DNA of 64,000 nt from Octopus sinensis (GCF_006345805.1 NC_043000.1:118172001-118236000); one strand, 5' to 3'; positions 49,730 to 63,054 are shown, counted from the first letter of the stretch. The notes: generated from the sequence alone by a model not told the origin. Program-made: numbers and translations.

Positions 49730-50330
49730 CTTATTAAAAAGGTGAAACCTGCTTTGAACAGAAATAACAACAATAATGTAACAACCAGTTAATGATGTCG
49801 ATTAAAAGAATATCTTTAACATATGAATATACACAAATTACAGAAACTCCTACCAACTGAAATAAAAACGATCGAAACCAGTTAAGTTTTCTCACACATA
49901 AAACCATTGCACATAAACCACAAGCTAACTGGTTAAAATAAAGTCTGAAAATAATGCAAATCTGGATGCATCTGAGAAAATCACTATCCCAAAATGAACT
50001 GGATTTTTTTGACATCTCCTTAGCCCATTTCTTTCTTTTCATGATATTAATCGGTTGAAGGTGAGGTTTTCTTCTAGCTGCTCGTCCATAATGCCCAAAC
50101 TTATGCAGATATGTAACACACGTTCTTGGACTAGCTCCTAGCTGTTTTGCAATGTCAGAAGCCTTCGATCGGGGTTCGTTTTCCACAATTCTCTTCAAAC
50201 AGCGAAGCTTCCTTTCTGAGGGCCCAGGTTAGCTGGGAAGAGAATCTGTTGATTCTTTCCCTTGGCTTTTGAATTACACTATAATTCTATTAACAGTAGC
50301 AAGAGGAATTTGAAGGATTTTCGGCACTTA
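49730..50330 (-). mobile_element. Tc1-like transposase fragment
   Basis: [50 protein letters not shown] (DNA-binding region). Confidence 0.85.
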
Positions 50331-50358
50331 TATACGTATGTATAAAGATGTATGCATA

Positions 50359-52016
50359 TCTCTTATTATAAAAGGCAGATTTTATCTGCCTCCCTTTGTA
50401 ACTTATAGAAATCTACAATATAGGATTTCTTCAATTACAATTTACCTAGCATTTTTAAGAGTAGAATGCATCGGGTCATGCCAGGTCCAGTTTTTAAAAT
50501 TTAAACTCCAATTAAGCAAAATTTACAGAAAACTCACATTCTGGTGTGTATGTCAAATGCTTTTCTTAATGTGGTTTACACCACACGCACACGCACACAC
50601 ACAGTGTGCAACGAATAAAATGGAAGTAAATAGCGACAGAGTGATTTGAGGAAGACTAAACTGAAAGTATTTAAACCACTACTCAAAAAATAAAAAAACA
50701 CAGCAAACAGAAACAAATAAATACATAACGATTTACTCCTCACACAATTTCTTCAATTAGAGTTTACCTAAGATTTTTCAAAGTACTCCATTCGGTCATG
50801 CCATAATATATTTCTTTCAATTTCACCCCCAATTTAGACAAAATTCGAGAAAACTCAATATTTTAACATTTCACTCCGAAGGCATTGATGTACATGTGTG
50901 CGTGCGTGAGTGTGTGTGTGTGTGTGTGTTTGATGGGTTGTGCGACACACAAAGTGTGGTGTGTAAGTGAAGTGCTTTTGTTAGTGTGTGTAAAGAGACA
51001 GACAGAGTGAAAGACAGAAATAACTGAACTTTTTTTATTCACTTTTTGTAGTGAGTGACTGAGAGAGAAAAGAGAGAGAGAGGTTATGTATGTATATATG
51101 TATGTATGGCTTCAGTGACACACACACACAAAAACACATACCTACGTACACCTAAAGCACGCACACACACACACACACAAGCGGAGCGCGAACTTCAAAA
51201 TTTTGGTAGTATTAATTTGCGAGCGTACTTCTAAGCGCGCGTAATTGAAAGTTTTCACTATGATATCATCACGTGCGAAAAAATTCGAAGGGTTTTGAAC
51301 AATTGAGATACAGATGTCACGCCTGTATTGAAACCATTGCTAAGCTGCCGTAATTGCTTAATTAAGACTTTGTTTAAATTGAAAGGGGCAAATATGTGAC
51401 GAGGTTGAAAAAAAATACCCCAGAAAAAAAAATGTACTGCTGGTATTTATATAATTCACTACTATTTTGCTACAATGTCATGAAAAAGAAAAAATTTAGG
51501 TATGTAAATCGAATTCGCCACCCCCTTTTCCCCGTTCGCGTTTGTGTAAAAAAAATTATTATTTAAGTTTTAAAAATTATTTACTTTGTTCAAAAAATAT
51601 TAATATTAATTAATTTTCAAGAATTATTTAATTTTATTCTGTAAAATAGTAATTAATCATTATCTGTAAATCCGCGAGGTTGTTACTCAGGCACCTAGAA
51701 TGGTAACCTTCAACTAACACTATCTCCTCCGAGACCCTGCGGCGCAAGTTGACCAAATTTGAGAGTATGGTAGAAGGGTTGCTCTTCCTTCCGTAGAACA
51801 TAAAATTCAAATCGGACCATGTTAACACCAAAAATTATTTACATCAAAAAGATGCTTTTTTCTATGAAAATCCCTATTTTTTACGATTTTTTCACTGCTG
51901 TGTCACCACTTTTCGGTGTATTTCGACCAGAAAAATGTTCACAAAATTTTTACTTTTCAAAATTACAATTCCAGCGGGTCGAAACAAACCCGAGCAACGC
52001 CGGGCGATACTGCTAG
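50359..52016 (+). mobile_element. Full-length non-autonomous Helitron (1658 bp)
   Basis: A|TCTCTTATTATAAAA 5' end; cccgagcaacgccggg hairpin plus CTAG|T 3' end; inserted between A and T with no TSD. Confidence 0.75.
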
Positions 52017-52368
52017 TATATTTATATGTATACATGCATATAAATATATATATGCATACATCTTTATACATACGTATATATTCCTACATACGTATTTATC
52101 ATATATATCCGTACATATATACATACATACACATGCAAACACACATACATGCACACAGAAACAAACACAGGTTCATGTTCGCTACAGCTGTTTCAGACGT
52201 TTTCTTTGTTAATGGACAAATGTGTTGCATCAAACAAAAATGTTTTCTTCGGGTGAATATAAGATCAAAATTTAAAACTTAAGATTCCTCACAAAAAAAA
52301 ACAGAACATAGTGAAAGTTGACACAAGCAGAAATTTAAACTGACCCAAGATATATATATATATATATA

Positions 52369-52690
52369 CGAGGGGCGTTCAATAAGTAATGCCCCTGACC
52401 CACTTCCCATAGCAGTAGAGCAACGAAACTTGGCACAGTTATTAGTCTTTTTCTACATAGGAACCACCCAGAGTTACGCATTTCTCCTATCGTTTGATGC
52501 AGCTCTGGAGACTGTTTTTGTAGACGACCCCAGCTTGGCCCTCCGACCACGACATGACTTCAGAAATCAAGGCTGCATCATCTGGGAAACTCTTTCCTTT
52601 CAAAAACAATTTCATGACTGGGAAGGGGTGAAAATCAGAGGGTGCAAGGTCAGGAGAGTAGGGGGATGGGGGAGGAGTTCATAGCCGCAC
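52369..52690 (-). mobile_element. Mariner remnant (second family): one TIR plus catalytic-end fragment
   Basis: TA|cgaggggcgttcaataagtaatg TIR; the minus strand at about 52560-52675 reads LPHPPYSPDLAPSDFHPFPVMKLFLKGKSF (YSPDL motif). Confidence 0.85.
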
Positions 52691-52886
52691 GCATGTATAT
52701 ATATATATATATATACAAATTGAGACAGGGGTTGTAAATGCAACCCTCCATGGGATAACATATATCCAATATACTGCTAGTGAAGTACCCAACAAAGTTA
52801 ATACATAAATGTTAAGAATTGCGATGCAGTTAATTCATTTACTGTATTATATGGGCAGAGGTAAAATGTCTTACCACAAATTAATA

Positions 52887-53357
52887 ATACAAAATAAGAA
52901 AATGGAGAAATACATCCAAATCAAATATCAACTACCAGATAATACTCAATCACATACTTTATTAAACCACTACATAAGAAACTTTAAGGTGAAACATAAT
53001 AATATAGAACAAAACAGTGTACATAGAGGAGTAATATGATACAATAAGTACAACATGTATAAGAGAATATAAATATAAATAAATATAAATATATATTTAT
53101 ATTTATTTATATTTATATTCTCATATATATTTATATATATATTTATATTTATATTCTCTTATACATATTGTACTTATTGTATCATATTACTCCTTTATGT
53201 ACACTCCTTTATGTACACTCCTTTATGTACACTGTTTTGTTCTACATTATTATGTTTGACCTTAAAGTTTCTTATGTAGTGGTTTAATAAAGTATGTGAT
53301 TGGGTATTATCTGGTAGTTGATATTTGATTTGGATGTATTTCTCCATTTTCTTATTT

Positions 53358-53362
<5 letters not shown>
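52887..53362. repeat. ~475-bp palindrome with an AT-only palindromic centre
   Basis: ORFs 52809(+) and 53195..53440(-) share IQNKKMEKYIQIKYQLPDNTQSHTLLNHYIRNFKVKHNN; the right arm also carries a 3 x 14-bp expansion. Confidence 0.93.
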
Positions 53363-53407
<45 letters not shown>

Positions 53408-54284
53408 GTAACACGACAACTTACATTGAAGAGACGGCACGCAGTATAGGGGAGGGAATAGGCGTACACTGGAGGGAGCTGAAAGAGATGAAAGGCTCGT
53501 CAGGGTTCTACCAATATGCTCAAGCAGAACTTAGTTCTCAGGGGGATTCAGTGTGACACAGAGTGTGACAAGGCTGGCCCTTTGAAATACGGGTTCTACT
53601 CATTTTTGCCAACAGAGTGGACTGGAGCAACGTGAAATAAAGTGTCTTGCTCAAGGACACAACGCATCGTCGGGAATTAAACTAACGACCTTACAATCGC
53701 TAATCGAATGCTCTAACCAGTAAGCCATGCGCCTTCGTCACGGTACAAACAACATAGTAAGCAAACCCATAAATACAGACAAACACACGTAGACAAACTT
53801 CACAAACAGCCGTAATAACAACAATAGCTTAAACAACAACAACTACATGAACGAACTCACAAACACAAAAGGAACAATATGAAAAGGGAGGGTCAAGAAC
53901 AGCAGCGGTAGCGGCAGCAGCAGCAGAAGAAGAAGAAAAATCGGGAGGGGAGGGTCAAAGTACCACTAAAAACGATAACGATAACATCAATATAAAGGGC
54001 ACGGATATAAATAGCGTTGTGGTAAGCCTATATATATATATACACACATACAAGGCGGCGAGTTGGCTGAAACGTTAGCGCGCCGGTGAAATGCTTATCG
54101 GTATTTCGTCTGTCGTTACGTTCTGAGTTCAAATTCTGCCGAGGTCGACTTTGCATTTCATCCTTTCGGGGTCGATAAATAAAGTACCAGTTTCGCACTG
54201 GGGTCAATGTAATCGACTTAATCTCCTTGTCCCCTCTATGTTTAGCCCCTTGCAGGCAATAAAGAAATATATATATACACACAC

Positions 54285-54340
<56 letters not shown>

Positions 54341-54647
54341 GCGCAATGGCCCAGTGGTTAGGGCAGCGGACTCGCGGTCGTAGGATCGCGGTTTCGATTC
54401 CCAGACCAGGCGTTGTGAGTGTTTATTAAGCGAAAACACCTAAAAGCTCCGCAAGGCTCCGGCAGAGGGTGGTGATCCCTGCTGTACTCTTTCACCACTC
54501 TTTCTCTCACTCTTTCTTCTGTTGGCCTGCTCGCTTAGCTAGCGGGGTGGCGTCATTCGAAGGCTAAAACAATGCGAAGACATTGTGACCAGCGATGTGT
54601 AGCAACATCTGATAGCCTGGTCGGTCACATGATCACGTGATATATAT

Positions 54648-54684
<37 letters not shown>

Positions 54685-55073
54685 CTGCTGACACCCCCTT
54701 CGGTCATGAATGACCATGGGATTGCCCCTAGAAAGTTACCCTCCGAGGCACAAGTCCGGGCAAGGTTGTTTACGGAAGACCAGCAGGCGCCCATGCATAC
54801 CAGTCTCCCCTCTCCACGCCACCAGTGTTATCCAAGGGAAAGGCAAAGGGGCCGATACAGCTTGGTACCTGTGACGTCGCAACTCATTTCTACAGCTGAG
54901 TGAACTGGAGCAACGTGAAATAAAGTCTCTTGCTCAAGAACACAACGCGCAGCCCGGTCCGGGATTCGAACTCACAACTTCGTGATCGTAAGCTCGGCGT
55001 TCTAACCACTGAGCCATGTGCCTTCACACACACATACACTCACACACACACACACACACACACATCTCTTATG

Positions 55074-55120
<47 letters not shown>

Positions 55121-55259
55121 AAACAGAGTTAGCGATTATAGTAACCGACTAAGGAATAAAATATCCCTATGTACTGTCGGTATCCGTTACCCGTGTTATA
55201 TCCAGGGCATTAGTGTGCAGGTAACAACAAGATAAACAAATGTTTATCAAGAAACAAAT

Positions 55260-55450
55260 ACAAATAATCGGAAATGGAGAAAACCCCAGATATTAACAAA
55301 CACATCGTTTGGACCACATTTATAGCTTCTTTTTTGATACAAAGCATGACATAACAAATGTGTCATTCTTTGTATTAAAAAATAAGCTATAAATGTGGTC
55401 CAAACGATATGTTTTTTAATATCTGGGGTTTTCTCCATGTCCGATTCTTT
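55260..55450. repeat. ~190-bp hairpin/MITE
   Basis: atggagaaaaccccagatatta..atcgtttggaccacatttatagctt against aagctataaatgtggtccaaacgat..taatatctggggttttctccat. Confidence 0.85.
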
Positions 55451-55462
55451 ATATATATATAT

Positions 55463-55751
55463 ATATATCTAATGTAGGATAAAAATTTTTTCGAAAAAAT
55501 TCTTTTCCAATAATATTTTATCAATGGCCAGCATATTAAAAGATACCTTTAAAGGTTAAAATTATAAACAATTCATAAATAAGGGCAAACGAAAAAATTT
55601 CTAATGCCAAACATGCCGAGAAATTGGACATATTGTCCATTAACCATATAATTTTTTCACAATATGCAAAGAGAGAGAGGGGGAAGAGAGAATGTGTATG
55701 TGTGCGTGCGTGCGTGTATGTCTATATGTATGTATCTATTTATCTATCTAC

Positions 55752-55815
<64 letters not shown>

Positions 55816-58518
55816 TAATGCCAAATATGCCGAAAAATTGGACATATTGTCCATTAACCATATAATTTTTTCACAATATGCACGCTACTCGAAAAAATGT
55901 GGACAGAAATTTCTAAAAAAATTCCATTATCACCATATCGGACCGATTTCAGGGTTAGCTTATAACAGCCCTCCCTTCGTCAGTGATACATGTGGCAAAA
56001 GAAATAAATGAGATACTCATACCCATGGAAGAAGCAAACACTAAGTCATGAGCACAATTAAGTACCCCAAATACACCCAAAATAGAAATACTCTAGCCCA
56101 TTCGAGACACGTGCGATTTGAACTGATGCTCTCGCAGAGTGAAATATTTCTTTATTACCCACTAGGGGCGACATAGAGTGGACACTACAAGACATTGGGG
56201 ACATAGAACATTATAAAATAAAAGTATGTAAGATGAAATTTTGAAAATGATAATATGAAAGTGATGCTAACGCCCCCTTCCGCCAGCACCACTTACCTGT
56301 CCTTTATAACCTATCGTCATTTATCATCTCCAATCAAAAGCCATATTTCTTTATCATTCTCTTAGCCTTCCTTTCATACTCTCTCACCGTCTCATCCGTA
56401 AATGCTACCTTAATCACTTTCACGCCCTCATTTACACGCTTCGCCATAATTCCTTCCATTTGCTCCCTAGGCACCACCGCATAACTCCCATCTGCTCTCT
56501 CATACCATGAATAATTATCTATTATGTCTTTCGAATCCTTCGTGTCCCTTTTCACAAAACATAAAATATGGGGCTTGGGGTCTTGTTTACTTTGTGTGTC
56601 TGCATTATTTTTTTTTGTTTTCTTGTAGGCGGGGAGTGGGTAGAATCACTGTTTGTAGGGGAAGGATGGGACTCAGAGGGTGCGGGTGGGTTGGGGTTCA
56701 CCATAGTTCACTTTTCTTCTTTTTCTCTTCTTTCTTACATCTTCCCATCCAGTCTGAGCTTCCTCCTCCTCAGTTTCTTCCTCCTCAACTTGTTTTTGCT
56801 CCACCTCCTCCTTTTCCTGGTTCACAGTTTCCTTTTGTGGGGGAGGGCAGTAAGCTCTTATGTGGCCCCTCAGGCCACGCTTATAGCATCTTGGTGCTCT
56901 GCCCTCCACCCATACTCTCATTACAATGTTTCCCATGTTTACGTTGTCGGTCATTCTTTCGAGTGTACCCTCCTCCGCTTGTACACTTATTTCAAGCGTC
57001 TTACCTCGCCAGCCTTCACTCTTTACGGTAGCCTGCAAGAGGTCTTCCTCTTCTTCGACTTCTTTTATTACCGCTGCAACGACCCATTCACCTTCTATGT
57101 GGGGGGGGGGTTATCCCTCCACTTTTATTCTTGTGGTTCTCTTGTTCATATATGTTGGTAATAAGATTACCTTTTCTGTTTTGATCGCCTTTGCTGCCAT
57201 TTTTCTCGCCATATTCTTATTTCCGAACTGCACCATTATCGTTTCGAACTCACTACCTCTCGCCACAAATACTATTTCTTCTTCCACTCTCCTTAACGCC
57301 TCCTCAATATCTTCCATTTTTATCATCTCCACTCTCTTGTTATCGTTTACGTATGTCCGGTATTTAATAACTCTTTTCTCAAACCATTCACCACGTTTTT
57401 CTGGTGGTAATAGTTTTACCTCTCCTCCTTCCTTCGTCATATATGCCTGGAAGCCTGGCAACTTTTCCAGGTCTATCTCCTTTTCCTCCGTCTTCCTTGC
57501 TGCTCCAGCATACGTCTTACCGACCTTTATATCCTTCTTATTGACGGCACCAATTAGCTCGTCCTCGGAGGTCGATGCCTCCGATAGACTCTCGAATAGC
57601 CTTTCTTCAGCCATCTCTCCCATTAGGGAGAGGCGGTCCACCACTTTTTGTCTGTCTCAACGCAGACAGACAACGGCCAACAGAACAAAAAACAGTATAA
57701 CAAAAACCCGTATCACAAAACGTTCAACAGCAAATTCAACAGCAAATAATTGGCAACTTACAATAAATACGTGCGGCTCGAACAAAAGGCTTTCACAGAG
57801 TGAAAGAGTTCGGAAGTGAACGCTTAAATTTATATATCTAATGTAGGATAAAATTTTTTTCGAAAAATTCTTTTCCAAAAAAATTTTATCAATGGCCAGC
57901 ATATTAAAAAATACCTTTAAAGGTTAAAATTATAAACAATTCATAAATAAGGGCAAACGAAAAAATTTCTAATGCCAAATATGCCGAGAAATTGGACATA
58001 TTGTCCATTAACCATATAATTTTTTCACAATATGCACGCTACTCGAAAAAAGGTGGACAGAAATTTCTAAAAAATTCCATTATCACCATATCGGACCGAT
58101 TTCAGGGTTAGCTTATAACAGCCCTCCCTTCGTCAGTGATACATGTGGCAAAAGAAATAAATGAGATACTTACTCATACCCATGGAAGAAGCAAACACTA
58201 AGTCATGAGCACAATTAAGTACCCCAAATACAGAATTTTTTTCGTTTGCCCTTATTTATGAATTGTTTATAATTTTAACCTTTAAAAGGTATTTTTTAAT
58301 ATGCTGGACATTGATAAAATTTTTTTGGAAAATAATTTTTTGGAAAAGAATTTTATCCTACATTAGATATATAAATTTAAGCGTTCACTTCCGGACTCTT
58401 TCACTCTGTGAGAGCATCAGTTCAAATCGCACGTGTCTCGAATGGGCTAGAGTATTTCTATTTTGGATGTATTTGGGGTACTTAATTGTGCTCATGACTT
58501 AGTGTTTGCTTCTTCCAC
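55463..58518. repeat. Array of a ~470-bp repeat (tctaatgtaggataaaa...): two direct units and one inverted partial unit, interrupted by the gag-only retroposon
   Basis: Unit starts near 55467 and 57837; inverted copy at about 58231-58518. Confidence 0.85.
56145..57792 (-). mobile_element. Complete ORF1-only (gag-like) non-LTR retroposon, 1648 bp, with a 13-bp TSD
   Basis: TSD tcgcagagtgaaa (56132-56144) and tcacagagtgaaa (57793-57805); the empty site is visible in the inverted repeat copy at 58399-58411. ORF pieces 57111..57644, 56673..57038 and 56334..56555 include CYK(R)GLRGHIRAYC, a CCHC knuckle with one Cys lost. Confidence 0.8.
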
Positions 58519-60779
58519 GCCCATAACACGGATTTGATTGCATTTTTTCTTCTCCGATACAGATCGACACACATGAATATGAGAACAGGCATAAGAAAAG
58601 GAAGTCAAAGATTCAAGAGTGAGAAGTGGGTGGAGTTGTTTGGGAAGAAGGGAAGAAGGAGACGAAGGAAGAAGGGGAGGAAGAAAGAAGGAAGGTGTTG
58701 TAGGTTGTAGTCTAGTCATAGTTACAGGTTTGTCGTTTACTATCTCGCAGTAAATATCCATACATATTCGCGTACCCCCGCGCATTGCCTTGAATAGTAG
58801 TGTTTCCAAATATGAATACTAAATGTTAAGGCCTGAAATTTGTGGGGAGGGTTATAATTGATAAAATTGACCCCCTAACGCTCAATTGGAATTTATTTTA
58901 TAATTCCCAACACGATGAAAGGTCGACCTTGACCGAATTTGAACTCAGTGTCACTTTGATGGCATGCACTGCTCTCTCACTCAATAATAATAATAATAAT
59001 AATCCATTCTATTATAGGCAGAAGGCTTGACATTTTTGGGAGAGTGGCTAGTCGATTACATCGACCCCAGGATTCCAATGGTACATATTTTATCGACCTC
59101 GAAAGGATGAAAGGCAAAGTCGACCTCGACGAATTTGCATTCAGAACGTAGCGACGGGAGAATTACGGCTAAGCATATCGTCCAGAGTGCTAATGACTCT
59201 GCTAGCTCGCCGTCTTCGATGTAATAATTTTTTTCTCTACTCCAGGCACAAGGCTCGAAATTTTGGAGGAGGGGGTCAGTCGATTAGATCGACTCAGTAC
59301 GCAACTGGTACTTAATTTATCGACCGCAAAGGGATGAAAGGCAAAGTCGACCTCGGCGGAATTTGAACTCAGAATGTAAAGACAGACGAAATACCTATTT
59401 CTTTACTACCCACAAGGGGCTAAACACAGAGAGGACAAACAAGGACAGACAAACGGATTAAGTCGGTTATATCGACCCCAGTGCGTAACTGGTACTTATT
59501 TAATCGACCCCCGAAAGGATGAAAGGCAAAGTCGACCTCGGCGGAATTTGAACTCAGAACGTAACGAAATACGGCTACGCATTTCGCCCGGCGTGCTAAC
59601 GTTTCTGCCAGCAATGATAATAATATTCGCTTGCGCGGTTGTTGCCTTGACGTATGGTTCTAAGATGTTTATACTTAAAACAGTCCCAGACTTTCGTTAC
59701 GTGTTGTAAATATATATGCATGTTTTTACGCATACCTATATTTAAAAAGCACGTATAACCTGAATAACTTGTCAGTGCTGACAGACACTCCAGGTGATCT
59801 TCTTGACTTTTTAACCCGAGGATAAGGAAAATAAAATGTTGCAGGCATAGCTTCAGGCGGCTAATATAAAAGAAAAACCCATATTCTCACTCCCTCTTCC
59901 TCACAGGTAGTCACTCACGCGCACACCGGTACACACCTGTATGAGCAGAGCTAATATGGAAGTTGACCAGGTCACAACCATATCGAGGCTGGTTCTCTTC
60001 AAAACTACTCTATATAAACAAAAATTTATCTAGAGAATGAACGAACATCAATAACATTCCGAGAATGTAAACAGCAGATTTATTCACTAACGAATAGTTT
60101 ATAGTCACTGGAAAACTAAGTTTTTAGTTCACAGGTTGATAAATTTCTGCTTTTTATAACACGTTTGCGTTGATTATTATTCATATTTATAAACTATTCT
60201 GAACATAAAAACATTTTAAATCATTTTTTTTAATTTCAAAAACTAAAAACACTATCTCACCCGTTTATTATCAATATTTATTATGTAAAATAGTTTGAAT
60301 CAGAGACCATCAGCCTGTTTGGTTTGATTTTACAAAATAAGCAAGTAATTTTAAAACTTTTCAACATTTGGCATGAAATGCTAAATTTCTGTGATAAAAC
60401 CACACACCACCACAAGCAAACAGAAACATCTACTTGATACATATGTATATATACATATAAAAACATAACGGAAAGTTACGAAGTAGGTAAGTGGTCTGAC
60501 CTTATATATTTATCTCGATTTTTTTTTTCGCATAAAATATTTACATTTAGCAGCACCGGGGAAATTTCCGAGGATTAATTAACATTTTAAAAACCAAATA
60601 AGTAATAATTAGCATTAATTAAATGACTTGGATATATATAATGTGACATATTAATTTTGCTTACCATATTTATTTAATACAGCTGACATACATATTCATC
60701 AACATTTCTATTGACATTCGTAAACATTGCTTTCAATTACGGTGATTACACACGAATCGGGAACGCCTATGTGTGTGAA

Positions 60780-60821
60780 TGCGCGCGCGCGCGTGTATTT
60801 ATCTAGATGCGTGTGTATATG

Positions 60822-60854
<33 letters not shown>

Positions 60855-61023
60855 ATAAAACATACGTATACATATATATATGTATGTATATAATGTGTGT
60901 GCGTATGTATGTATATATATATATATATATAAAATATACATATATATATGTATAAGTATATATAAAAGTGTGAGTGTATATATATATAAAACGTACATAT
61001 ATAAATATATATATATACATGAG

Positions 61024-61067
<44 letters not shown>

Positions 61068-61215
61068 TAAATATATATATGTATATATATATATACATGA
61101 GCATATATAAATATATATATAAATACATATACACACATATACATATACACACACATATATACGCACACACACACACACACACACACAACACACACATATA
61201 CATATATATATATAT
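60780..61215. repeat. Compound (TA)/(CA)/(TG) microsatellite block
   Basis: Direct reading; source of many YI/HT/VC pseudo-ORFs. Confidence 0.95.
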
Positions 61216-61744
61216 GGTGGCTGCCCCCTCATTATCGAGTATGGCCATTGCACGAAGCTCAATCAATGTTGTTATCGTGCAATGTCTATGCAAGAAGATT
61301 TTTTTAAAGTGAGGAAAGGCTGTGCACTGAGTCAATCCCTCTCACTAAGCAACAGCAGCCATAATCCAAAAAGAATAACAAGTCAACATCATCGGTAACC
61401 ACTGAGCCGCAGGTTTTATGTCGGAGTTATCCCAGTTACCTGAGTTACCTTCTCCTAGAAGGATGCCCTAACAAAGGCTAAGAGTCCTTCACTCCCAATG
61501 GTTTAACCGCGCGATTGGGTATTCAGTCCAATTATTTCTATGTCCCCGCGCATGATACAGCCCTAAGACATTTATTGGATGGCCGTTGATTCTCAAGAGT
61601 TCCTCCGCCCTTTGACGAGTTTTGTTTTTCATCCCACAGCGTGTTCAATAAACACCCTCCTCACCAAGCAAGCTTGGTGGGGTTGCCGGTTTAGTCGCCG
61701 ACGACACGACCATGCATGCATGCATGCATGCATACATACATACA

Positions 61745-61821
<77 letters not shown>

Positions 61822-61823
<2 letters not shown>

Positions 61824-63049
61824 GAAGCACCTTAAAATTTAAAACAAATTTATATTAATATGGGTTAGGACTGCCTTTGGCAGTAATCACAGCTTGAATT
61901 CTATGAGCTATGGTCTCGTACAAAGTTTGAATTGTTTCCAAAGGAATTTTTGTCCATTCTTCAGCTAAAACAGTCAGTCTCTAGTTCTTGTAGTGATGAT
62001 GGTGGAGTATGTCGACTCCTTACTTGTTTTTCTAAAATGATCTATAAATGTTCAATAATTTTGAGATCTTTGGACTTTGAAGGCCAGATAAGATGTTCAA
62101 CTATACTAAAATGTTCCTCATGCCATTCACTAACAACTTTAGCTTTGTGAATTGATGCACTATCATCCTGAAAGATTGCGTTTCCCTCCGGAAGCAGTTG
62201 CACAACCATATGATGAATTTGATCAGATAAAATGCTTAAATAGTCTTGCCATGAAGGGAAACCAATGAGCCGGCGGATTTCCAAGATATAGCCCCCCACC
62301 CAGATCATCACAGATCCTTCTCCATGTTTAACAGTTGGAAGAAGGTAGTCTGGATCAAAGGCTTCTTTTGGCTGTCTCCACGCGTATACTCGGACAGTGG
62401 TCGGAAATAAGGTAAAGGATGACCTGTTCGAGAAAATAACATTCTTCCACTGCTCTAGGGACCAATTCTGTAGGTTTTTACTCCACTCTAAACGCTTTGC
62501 AACGCTTGCTTTTGAAAGTAGTGGTTTTCTGATTGCAGCCCTCCCGTGAGATCTGGCTTTGTGCATATCCCGGTGAACAGCTTTTGTGGAAACTGGGTTC
62601 TTGAGGTGGTCATTAAGTTCTGCAGTAATTTTGGGAGCTGTACTTTTGCGATCCCTTCTAACAATTCGCGTAAGAGTCCGACGGTCCCTATCTGAAAGTG
62701 TTGGTTTTCTTCTGGAGTTTTGTTTCGACGAGGTGGTTTTTCCCTTTCTCAAAGGCTTACTTTCGAGACAGTACTTCTTGATACACCAAACATTTCGGTT
62801 GCTTTCGTCACGCTAGCACCTGCCATACGAGCACTAACAACTTGACCTCTTTGAAAGTCCGATAGATCTGACATTTTAATGAATATTAATTATCTTTTTC
62901 TAATGATATCTGAAAAGAAACAGCAATTTTAGCAAAACATATTAAGCAACACTAATAATAAATAAAAAACATAGAAGTAAACAAGCTTTTCATGGTTTCA
63001 TAGATATTTCAAAATTATGATGCTATGTGTTTCCGTTATTTTGTGCAAC

Positions 63050-63054
<5 letters not shown>
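61822..63054 (-). mobile_element. Near full-length Tc1 (DD34E-type) transposon, transposase frameshifted, left TIR eroded
   Basis: ATG at 62874 gives MSDLSDFQRGQVVSARMAGASVTKATEMFGVSRSTVSKV, then a frameshift into ORF 62042..62752 (RKPTLS..GRAAIRKPLL..WKNVIFSNRSSF..TVKHG.GSVMIW..FQDD...H..WPSKSKDLKIIEHL). TIR gtttccgttattttgtgcaacttctg|TA. Confidence 0.93.

Noticed and set aside
54339-54412. tRNA genes (also 25325-25398, 30811-30885, 31650)
   Set aside because: These heads lack a complete acceptor stem and run straight into SINE bodies.
56507-57819. Long plus-strand ORFs 56507..57031, 56568..57161 and 56926..57819
   Set aside because: Antisense shadows of the purine-rich gag ORF; F/L/S-rich with no domain.
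60708-61335. 130-184-aa YI/VC/HT-rich ORFs, and similar ones across the window
   Set aside because: Translations of dinucleotide microsatellites.
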